Of a stretch of DNA of 64,000 nt, positions 36,905 to 45,343 are shown in pieces. Each line of letters opens with the position of its first letter. Positions within the stretch are counted from its first letter, which is position 1. Made by a program: the position numbers and the translations under genes. The notes beneath the pieces were generated by a model, which saw nothing but the letters and a program-made list of their open reading frames with translations, did not search any database and was not told the origin of the DNA. Where the stretch lies: positions 186,001-250,000 of IMG/VR virus record IMGVR_UViG_3300042465_005589. One strand, 5' to 3'.

Positions 36905-39900
36905 ATGAGATTAACAGATAGAAATTTTCCACCTTACATATCACCAGACGCATTAGTTCACATTGTATTAACAGGTGATACGACAGATAGCCCTCAAGGT
37001 TCATCCTTTAAAGCTACGATTGGTTCATTAGATAATGCCGTAATCATAACAGGAACCGGAATTAATTCGTCAGTTAGAAAATCAGTAGGGAATATTGCAT
37101 CAGGCAATTATTCAGCTGTTTTAGGTGGACAAAATAATTCAGGGACAACATACTTTTCAACCGTAGTTGGGGGATTTTGTAATATATCATCAGGTTACAA
37201 CTCATTTATTGGTGGCGGTAAATACAATACCTCTTCTGATTATATTTCAACAATTGGTGGTGGTAAATGTAACATTGCCTCTGGTAATACATCAACAATT
37301 GGGGGTGGTAGTGGTAATTTTTCTTCTTATTGTCGTTCAACAGTTGGGGGAGGCTCATATAACACCGCTTCCGGTAAAGCATCAGTAGTTAGTGGTGGTC
37401 AATCTAACACTTCTTCCGGTTTTTATTCAACAATTGGTGGTGGTAGTGTTAACACAGCGAGTAGTATATCATCAACAGTTGGTGGGGGGCAATATAATAT
37501 TGCTTGTGGTCAATTTTCTACAATTGGAGGAGGGGGAGGTTCATATTCATTAATTAGTAATAAAGCGTACGGTATTGGTTCTACAGTCGCAGGTGGGATG
37601 AGTAATCAGTCATTAGGTAATTATAGTACAATTGCCGGAGGTGCTAGTAATTTTAGTCTTTCCGGTACATCTACAATTGGAGGAGGGAGTAACAACTGTT
37701 CTACAAATTGTGGTTCCACAATTGGAGGGGGTGGTTTTAATACAAGTTCAGGATGTTACTCAACAATTGGTGGTGGAAATAGTAATTTATCAAACGGTAA
37801 TTGTTCAACAGTTAGTGGTGGTCATTTTAACAAAATATGTCAATCTCAAAATTATAATAATAATTATTTTTGTTTAGGCGATGTTATTGGGGGAGGAAAT
37901 TGTAACACCATAAATACAAATACTTATGTTGGTTATACTTGCACCGGTGGTAACACAATTGGTGGTGGTTACACAAATATTATAACACCATACCTTAACT
38001 TTAACACGATTGGTGGTGGTCAAAAAAATAAATCTTACGGTAATAGTTCAACAATTGCCGGTGGACAGGAAAATATAACTTCCTTTGGTTGTTCAACAAT
38101 TGGTGGGGGAATTTTAAATGTTGCAACAGGAAATACATCAACTATTGCGGGTGGTTGTGGAAACCAAGCAATAAATAGTTTCTCAACAATTGGTGGTGGT
38201 ACAAATAATATATCATGTTTTCAATCATTTGTTGGTGGAGGTAGATGTAATAAATCTTTAGGTAGTTATTCCACAATATCAGGAGGTCAAAATAATTGTA
38301 ATGTTCTCAGCCATTCTGTTATTGGTGGAGGATTTAATAATAAAATAACTTGTACATATTCAACAATTGCTGGTGGTAGAAATAATTGTGTATGCGGAAC
38401 AGATTCTTCAATAGTTGGTGGTTCCGGTAATAGCATCAATAGTAATGTATTGAATCCATTTAGGTCAGTAATTGCCGGTGGTGTGAATAATAAATTATGT
38501 CAATCATACGGGTTTATTGGAGGTGGTAGAGGCAATCAAATATCAGGTACAACTGGTATTGGTGAAGATTCTGTTATTGTCGGTGGATTCTATAATAAAA
38601 CATATGGTGTTAGAGCAGCAATCTTAGGGGGAGCACTTAACTGTTTAGGTTCAAACACTTATGGTAGTGGTCTTGTAAGTGGTAATAATAATAGAATTTC
38701 TGTACCATTTGGTATAATTGGTGGAGGACAAGTTAATGTAATATGTGGTGACCACTCAATTATTGGTGGTGGTGCGTTAAACTTTATTGGTAATTCATCA
38801 GTAACAAACTCATATTACGCAAATAATTGTTCAATAACTTTATATGGTAATCAGACATCGTCATTTAATGTTAACGACCTTTTACTAACATGGGATTTTA
38901 GTTGTTCAAGAAATGTTGTTATAACTGCATCTACGTATTCGGGCGGATATACTTATTTGGATGTTAGTGGGTCAACAATATTTGTAAATCCATTCACATC
39001 GTCCGCTCCAATAATTAGAAATTTAACAGATAGTTTACCAGGATTCCAAAATAGTTTTATTGGTGGTGGTTACGCAAATACCGTATCCGGAATTACAGGG
39101 TTTATAGGTGGAGGAGGTTATAATAAAGTCTCAGGAAATGGAGGAGTTATTGGTGGTGGTCGTTGTAATATATCAAGTGGTAATCAATCATCGATAACCG
39201 GAGGATATGATAACAAATCTATTGGGTGTCAATCATCAATCGTTGGTGGTGGTCGTAATTGCTCTATTGGACATTGTTCCTTTATTGGAGCTGGTTCATT
39301 CAACACCACATGTAATTATCATTCAACACTTACCGGTGGTAAGTGCAATATATCATCAGGTAATTATTCATTTATTGGTGGTGGTTCTGGAAATACCGTT
39401 TCCGGTGGTGTGTCATTTATTGGTGGGGGTCAATTTAATAGCGTACAAGGAATTAAATCAACAATTGGTGGAGGATGTAATAATATAATCTTTACATCCG
39501 GTTCAACTATAGGTGGTGGTATTACTAACACAATTTGGTCGCCTAATTCAACAATTACCGGTGGTCTTTCAAATATTATTTGTGCTGCCGCTAGTGATTC
39601 CTTTATCGGTGGTGGTGGTTGTAACATTGCATATAGTGGTAACTCAACAATTAGCGGAGGTTTTCAGAACAAAACATGTAATTGGGTTGCAACAATTGGT
39701 GGAGGTTTTAAAAACACTGCGTCAGGTGGTTGTTCAACAATTGGAGGTGGTTATAATAACTGCTCAATTGGTGCTTGTTCATTTGTTGGGGGAGGTAGTC
39801 AACACAGTGTCGCAGGGTGTGGTTCATCAATAGTTGGTGGTTCACTTAATATAATTTCGGGGAACTGTTCAACAATTGGCGGAGGAAATGGAAATATAAT

Positions 39901-40795
39901 TTGCAGCAACATGTCAACAATTGGTGGTGGTTGTCAAAATACAACTTGTGTAAGGTTTTCATTTATAGGAGGTGGTTATAAAAACTGTATAATTTGTCAA
40001 ACAGCGTATGGATACTCAACAATTGTAGGTGGATGGACAAATAGAACTCACGGTGAATCTAACTTTATTGGTGGTGGTCAATTCAACTGCATTGGAACAC
40101 CTGCGTTATCAGGTTCATCATTCTTATCTGTAATTGTTGGTGGAAATACAAATGGTGTATGTGATACAGCTTCTTTTATTGGTGGTGGTGATGGAAATGT
40201 CGTATTTAGCGGTTCTTCGGCAATAGTTGGTGGAGCCAGTAATATTTCATGTGCTGAACATTCTTTTATTGGAGGTGGGTGTGCAAACACTGTCACAGGT
40301 TGTTATTCATCAATTCTTGGTGGAGCCTATGGATGTGCACCTCGTTTTGGACAAAGGTCATTTGCTTCAGGTACTTGGGCTGGCGCTGGTTCAAGAGGTG
40401 CGTCACAACAAATTGATTTAGTAGGTAGAAATAAAACAACAAGTGGAAGTGCTGTCAACATATTTTTAGATGGGGCAAGTCAACGTATATCCGTAATTGC
40501 AGGAACTGCAATGTTTGTTACAATAAATATTGGTGGTATTAAATCAGATGGTTCTGCAGGAGCTCACTATATAAGAAAAGTCGCAATTAAAAATGTAGGT
40601 GGTGCAACTTCTTTAATTGGTGCGAGTCCGGTATCAGTTATTGGAACTGATGTGGAAGATAACGCATCTTATGACGTTGCAATTAGTGCTGACAATACTA
40701 ACGATGCTTTAGATATACAAGTCACAGGAGCTGTTGGTGAAACTTTAAGATGGACTGTCCATATTGAAGGTGTAGAAATAGTTTACGGAATATAA
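36905..40795 (+). CDS. Gly/Cys-rich repetitive tail fibre (beta-solenoid adhesin-like)
   Basis: 15-aa repeat STIGGGxxNxASGxx over about 1000 aa; globular C-terminal domain; late motif at 36879-36886. Confidence 0.8.
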   Translation: MRLTDRNFPPYISPDALVHIVLTGDTTDSPQGSSFKATIGSLDNAVIITGTGINSSVRKSVGNIASGNYSAVLGGQNNSGTTYFSTVVGGFCNISSGYNSFIGGGKYNTSSDYISTIGGGKCNIASGNTSTIGGGSGNFSSYCRSTVGGGSYNTASGKASVVSGGQSNTSSGFYSTIGGGSVNTASSISSTVGGGQYNIACGQFSTIGGGGGSYSLISNKAYGIGSTVAGGMSNQSLGNYSTIAGGASNFSLSGTSTIGGGSNNCSTNCGSTIGGGGFNTSSGCYSTIGGGNSNLSNGNCSTVSGGHFNKICQSQNYNNNYFCLGDVIGGGNCNTINTNTYVGYTCTGGNTIGGGYTNIITPYLNFNTIGGGQKNKSYGNSSTIAGGQENITSFGCSTIGGGILNVATGNTSTIAGGCGNQAINSFSTIGGGTNNISCFQSFVGGGRCNKSLGSYSTISGGQNNCNVLSHSVIGGGFNNKITCTYSTIAGGRNNCVCGTDSSIVGGSGNSINSNVLNPFRSVIAGGVNNKLCQSYGFIGGGRGNQISGTTGIGEDSVIVGGFYNKTYGVRAAILGGALNCLGSNTYGSGLVSGNNNRISVPFGIIGGGQVNVICGDHSIIGGGALNFIGNSSVTNSYYANNCSITLYGNQTSSFNVNDLLLTWDFSCSRNVVITASTYSGGYTYLDVSGSTIFVNPFTSSAPIIRNLTDSLPGFQNSFIGGGYANTVSGITGFIGGGGYNKVSGNGGVIGGGRCNISSGNQSSITGGYDNKSIGCQSSIVGGGRNCSIGHCSFIGAGSFNTTCNYHSTLTGGKCNISSGNYSFIGGGSGNTVSGGVSFIGGGQFNSVQGIKSTIGGGCNNIIFTSGSTIGGGITNTIWSPNSTITGGLSNIICAAASDSFIGGGGCNIAYSGNSTISGGFQNKTCNWVATIGGGFKNTASGGCSTIGGGYNNCSIGACSFVGGGSQHSVAGCGSSIVGGSLNIISGNCSTIGGGNGNIICSNMSTIGGGCQNTTCVRFSFIGGGYKNCIICQTAYGYSTIVGGWTNRTHGESNFIGGGQFNCIGTPALSGSSFLSVIVGGNTNGVCDTASFIGGGDGNVVFSGSSAIVGGASNISCAEHSFIGGGCANTVTGCYSSILGGAYGCAPRFGQRSFASGTWAGAGSRGASQQIDLVGRNKTTSGSAVNIFLDGASQRISVIAGTAMFVTINIGGIKSDGSAGAHYIRKVAIKNVGGATSLIGASPVSVIGTDVEDNASYDVAISADNTNDALDIQVTGAVGETLRWTVHIEGVEIVYGI
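37080..40370. repeat. Degenerate 45-nt coding repeat array
   Basis: Recurrent tcaacaattggtggtgg core; about 65-70 units estimated from length; non-repeat insert at about 38790-39040. Confidence 0.9.
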
Positions 40796-40797
40796 AA

Positions 40798-40968
40798 TTA
40801 TTCCGTTTTTTTACCTAAACCCTCATATATCCTTAAAAGTTTTAAAGATTCATTGTAGTTTTTTTCTAATCTATCTAATTCTTTTTCGTTGACACCTTTT
40901 TCACATGCGTCCTCGTAAATTTTTTTAGATTCAGTTACCAAATTCGATATTGTTCTAATCAGTTTCAT
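40798..40968 (-). CDS. Small protein with putative head-targeting leader, 56 aa
   Basis: Manual translation MKLIRTISNLVTESKKIYEDACEKG...; TATTTATA at 40973-40980; missed by the ORF track. Confidence 0.7.
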   Translation of the reverse strand: MKLIRTISNLVTESKKIYEDACEKGVNEKELDRLEKNYNESLKLLRIYEGLGKKTE

Positions 40969-41046
40969 ATTATATAAATATCATCATCTTTACCATTTAT
41001 TACATTTGATTGTCATTTATATTTAATTAAAAACGTTTTATATAAT

Positions 41047-42027
41047 ATGATTTTTGTTACAGCACAACCTGATGTACCTTATTTCCATTGGCAAATAATG
41101 GTGTATATACACAACTTTATTGAACATGGTGTTCCTCCAAATCAAATCCACGTATTACTTGGAATAATAAATGAAGATGGTAAACCAACTGAAGAATCTT
41201 TAAAATTAAAAGATTCCGGAGTTAACGTACATTATTATATCGATAATAGACCTCAAAAACATTACATCCCAACAGTTAAACCCTTTTTAATTTCAAAATG
41301 GTTAAAAGATTTTCCTGAACATGGTAAATGTTTCTTCTTACATGACTCTGACATTATATTCAGAAAATTACCAAATTTTGATAGTTTATTAAATGATGAT
41401 ATTACATATTTATCCGACACAATAGGATATATTGGTTATAGATATATTATGGATTGTTGTGAACGTTATGAAAATGCTCACCCAACATCAGGTAAAGGTC
41501 AATTATTAGAAGAAATGACCGATGTTGTTGGCGTTTCAGTTGAGTGTATTGAATGTAATCAAGAAAATTCGGGAGGTGGTCAATACTTAATTAAAAACAC
41601 CGATTGGTTATTATGGGAAAAAATATACGCAGATTGCGTTCCACTGTATGACCAAATGTTAGACTATCAAAAAAGATTTCCAATTAGTCCAGGCGAAATT
41701 CAATTTTGGACCGCCGAGATGTGGTCACTATTATGGAATTTGTGGTTACATGGAATTGAGACAAAAATAACCCCTGAATTTGATTTTTCATGGGCAACAG
41801 ATTCAATAAAAATATATGAAGATAAACCTATTCTTCACATGGCAGGAGTAACAGATAATCAAAAACAAGATAAATTTTATAAAGGAGATTTTATTAATCT
41901 TAACCCATTAGACAAATTAAAAGAGAATATTAATTTTTTCGATTATGTCAGTTCTCAGAGTTCAACAAAAAAATATGTAGAAGTTATGAAATCTTTGGTG
42001 AAAAAACAAATAAAGGATTATTTATAG
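41047..42027 (+). CDS. GT-A glycosyltransferase resembling plant peptide O-glycosyltransferases SGT1 (GT96) / HPAT (GT95)
   Basis: YFHWQ, KPFLISKWL, LHDSDIIFR (DxD), GGGQYL, WTAEMW and ILHM occur in the same order as the motifs I recall for SGT1/HPAT. Confidence 0.7.
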   Translation: MIFVTAQPDVPYFHWQIMVYIHNFIEHGVPPNQIHVLLGIINEDGKPTEESLKLKDSGVNVHYYIDNRPQKHYIPTVKPFLISKWLKDFPEHGKCFFLHDSDIIFRKLPNFDSLLNDDITYLSDTIGYIGYRYIMDCCERYENAHPTSGKGQLLEEMTDVVGVSVECIECNQENSGGGQYLIKNTDWLLWEKIYADCVPLYDQMLDYQKRFPISPGEIQFWTAEMWSLLWNLWLHGIETKITPEFDFSWATDSIKIYEDKPILHMAGVTDNQKQDKFYKGDFINLNPLDKLKENINFFDYVSSQSSTKKYVEVMKSLVKKQIKDYL

Positions 42028-42047
42028 TATAACAGAAACAAATTATA

Positions 42048-44291
42048 ATGATATATTATTTTCAAACATGTTGTGTCAAATTTAACGAATCCGACAATTA
42101 TTTCGGAGTAAATGACATTACATTAATATTACCTATTTTAGGGGAAGTTTATTCTATTGAAACCCTTTCATTTAGTGGGTGCGCTTATTTAATATCAGGA
42201 CCAATCCCATCAGGGTCGTTAATTTACGCAGGGAATAAAACTATCTCAACATTATATAACGATTGTCAAGATTGTTTGGATAACGCTTATGGTTGTTTTC
42301 CTCCTCCTCCTCCACAGCCAGCAATTAGTTATATTCAATCCAATGAATGTGATGTAATTACATTATTTCCAATGACTGTTGAATGTGATGTTATTAATCC
42401 TTCAACTGCAGGTAGTCGTGATGGTAGAGCATCTATATCTATAACAGGAGGAACACCTCCATATACAGTTACTTGGGGTGATGGTAGTATTTCACCTGCT
42501 ATCATGGATTTACAATCGGGTTCATATCCAGCAACTATTGTTGATTATTATGGTGATTTTACCGCCAATACAATATGCGTATTAACAGGACCAACCGCAA
42601 CACCAACACCTACATTAACCAAAACCCCAACACTAACACCAACACCAACACTAACGGTTACACCAACATTAACTAGAACTCCAACACTAACACCTACATT
42701 AACTACAACACCTACGGTTACACCTACATTAACACCTACATTAACATCAGGAATACCACCAACACCAACAATTACCCAAACTATAACACCTACATTGACT
42801 ATAACACCTACATTAACCAAAACACCAACACCTACCCCAACACCAACAATAACAATAACACCAGAAGTACCATCATACAACGAAACATTCACAATGATTG
42901 CAAGAAGTTTGAATAGTTTTGCCCCTGTTAGTGGTTTTGAATTTAGAATTGACGCATCACTGCCATTTAGAATTGTTTGGGGTGATGGTAATACAGATAA
43001 TTACCCTTCAGGTATTAATTATATATCACACATATATTCAACACCTTATACTGGAAATATATTAATTCAAACATCAAATTTAACATCTATAACCCAAATT
43101 ATACCTAAAAATGTTAACCCTCAAATAAATGAGAATAGTGTTAGATATTTAGAAATTGAAACTTCTCAATTAAATCTTTTAGATGGGTTAGTTGGAATGG
43201 GTGACGGTAATGGACTAAATTATTTTTTATCAGGTGATATAAGTTTATTACCGACAACATTATTATCATTAATTTCACGGTGGTCTAATTGTTCAGGTAA
43301 TATTGCAAATTTACCACCTAATATACAATATTTTCATATTAATTTGTTCTTTAATAATTATCCAAACCAATTAAATACTATTTCAGGAAATGTTTCTAAT
43401 TTACCAACAACATTAAAAACTATTATTTTAGGTGGTATAAATACCATAACAGGTAATATAAATAATATTCCTTGCCCATCACTTGAAAAAATTATGATTG
43501 CTGGTTCAAACACTATTACCGGTGATATATCATTAATGTCGACACCTAATTTAGATACCATAAATATATATGGTAATAACACAATATTTGGTGATTTAGG
43601 CGGATTATCAAATAGTGTTATGGATATAAGATTGGCTGGTGGAAATACTGTTACTGGTGATATATCAACATTACCAACAAGTTTATCACACATTTATGTT
43701 GAAGGTACTAATACTCTTTATGGTAATATTAACACATTAAACTATTCAATATTATCAACTTTACAAATTTATGGAAATAATAATATTACTGGTAATATTA
43801 GTTCATTAAATTTAAAACTAGGAGCGATTTTTGAGTTAAAGGGTAACAATACATTAACTGGTAATATTGGTAGTATAGGTAGTACTTATAACTATAACCA
43901 ACTAGCTATATACGGTAACAACACAATTTATGGTAATATTCAAGATTTACCTTCTAATTCAAAAAATGTTAGAATACAAGGTAATAACGTCATTTCAGGT
44001 GATTTATCATTAGTTCATTTAAATATCCAATATTTATATATATACGGTAACAACACAATATCAGTATTCTCAAATAGTACAAGAATTTTTACAGATTTAA
44101 GAATAATTGAAATAGTGGGAAGCGGCTTTAATAGTACTAATGTTGATAAATTATTAACAAGTTATGCTAATTCAACTTGGGTTAGTAGTAAATTATTAAA
44201 AATAAAAGGCACATCATCACCTAAATACACAAACACTTCATCATACAACACACTTCAAACAACAAAAGGAGTGGGAATAACAATATCATAA
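42048..44291 (+). CDS. Modular tail appendage protein: Cys domain, SprB repeat, Pro-Thr linker, PKD-like domain, LRR solenoid
   Basis: DGRASISITGGTPPYTVTWGDG; about 90-aa TPT tract; IVWGDG..HIY; repeats IYGNNTITGNISSL; late motif at 42019-42026. Confidence 0.8.
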   Translation: MIYYFQTCCVKFNESDNYFGVNDITLILPILGEVYSIETLSFSGCAYLISGPIPSGSLIYAGNKTISTLYNDCQDCLDNAYGCFPPPPPQPAISYIQSNECDVITLFPMTVECDVINPSTAGSRDGRASISITGGTPPYTVTWGDGSISPAIMDLQSGSYPATIVDYYGDFTANTICVLTGPTATPTPTLTKTPTLTPTPTLTVTPTLTRTPTLTPTLTTTPTVTPTLTPTLTSGIPPTPTITQTITPTLTITPTLTKTPTPTPTPTITITPEVPSYNETFTMIARSLNSFAPVSGFEFRIDASLPFRIVWGDGNTDNYPSGINYISHIYSTPYTGNILIQTSNLTSITQIIPKNVNPQINENSVRYLEIETSQLNLLDGLVGMGDGNGLNYFLSGDISLLPTTLLSLISRWSNCSGNIANLPPNIQYFHINLFFNNYPNQLNTISGNVSNLPTTLKTIILGGINTITGNINNIPCPSLEKIMIAGSNTITGDISLMSTPNLDTINIYGNNTIFGDLGGLSNSVMDIRLAGGNTVTGDISTLPTSLSHIYVEGTNTLYGNINTLNYSILSTLQIYGNNNITGNISSLNLKLGAIFELKGNNTLTGNIGSIGSTYNYNQLAIYGNNTIYGNIQDLPSNSKNVRIQGNNVISGDLSLVHLNIQYLYIYGNNTISVFSNSTRIFTDLRIIEIVGSGFNSTNVDKLLTSYANSTWVSSKLLKIKGTSSPKYTNTSSYNTLQTTKGVGITIS

Positions 44292-44292
44292 A

Positions 44293-45318
44293 ATGGAATA
44301 TAATTTTTGTCTAAATATTAGTATTAATAACTTACAAATTCATTTTAACCCAAATGGATTAGATGTTAATGGATATAATCAATGGGTATCTGATGATTAC
44401 ACATATTCAATTAATTGGGACACCTCATTAAGTAGATGGAAATTGAATGGTGGTAATCTAACTTATTTGGTGTTTTCTTCTTTACCATCTTCTGTACCCC
44501 CTCTTAACTCTTGGTATGTATTAGGTGCTAACGGAACTGTTTATGCTAACGAAGGTGTTTGTAATCCATTAGGTATTAATTCATTAACCTATAGTGTTAA
44601 TCAACCAATATGTTCATGTGATGGTAATTTAATGGTAACTGTTTCAGGTGGTTACCCACCATATCAATATTCAATTGATAATGGTGTTACGTATTATAAT
44701 TCACCAATGTTTAGTCAATTATGTTCAGGAATTTATAGCGTTAAAGTTATTGATGTAAGTGGAAACACTAATAGTGATAATGTAACATTAAATGAACCTA
44801 CACCACCAACAGTTTATAGTGTAAAATTAACAACAACATCAACAAATCCGGTTAATAATAATACAACGTTGACTAATCAATATACAACAACGGTTAGTGT
44901 ATCACCTGAATTACCAAGTGGTACTGTAATCAATTTTAACATATCACACAATAACAAATTTTACTATTCTCCAAGTGGTATAACTGCAAGTTTGGTTACT
45001 AGTAGTGCCTTATATAAAAATGATAATTTAATACTAACCACATCAAACGGTACTGTAACATCAGATGCAAATTTTAATACAATTCAAGGATGTCAAAACT
45101 TAATAAAGTATTTAGATTTCTATACCGAAACTTGGAACTCATTAACCTTTACAAATTCAGATTCAATTGTTATTAACACGGTTACAACAATAACTAACAA
45201 TGGACCATTAACACCTTGTACGTATACATTAAGTGAGGACTTATATAATATATACAACGCAACTATAAGTGGTTGTGGATGTTGTGTAGTAGAAATTATT
45301 AACGTTAATCAAAAATAA
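44293..45318 (+). CDS. Tail-associated protein with an SprB-like repeat
   Basis: CSCDGNLMVTVSGGYPPYQYSIDNG...LCSGIYSVKVID; C-terminal CGCC. Confidence 0.78.
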   Translation: MEYNFCLNISINNLQIHFNPNGLDVNGYNQWVSDDYTYSINWDTSLSRWKLNGGNLTYLVFSSLPSSVPPLNSWYVLGANGTVYANEGVCNPLGINSLTYSVNQPICSCDGNLMVTVSGGYPPYQYSIDNGVTYYNSPMFSQLCSGIYSVKVIDVSGNTNSDNVTLNEPTPPTVYSVKLTTTSTNPVNNNTTLTNQYTTTVSVSPELPSGTVINFNISHNNKFYYSPSGITASLVTSSALYKNDNLILTTSNGTVTSDANFNTIQGCQNLIKYLDFYTETWNSLTFTNSDSIVINTVTTITNNGPLTPCTYTLSEDLYNIYNATISGCGCCVVEIINVNQK

Positions 45319-45343
45319 AAAAAAATAAGAATATTTATATCAC

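Noticed and set aside
37080-40370. CRISPR array or diversity-generating retroelement suggested by the repeats
   Set aside because: The repeats are degenerate, in-frame and coding; no constant repeat with unique spacers; no reverse transcriptase or TR/VR pair differing only at adenines was seen
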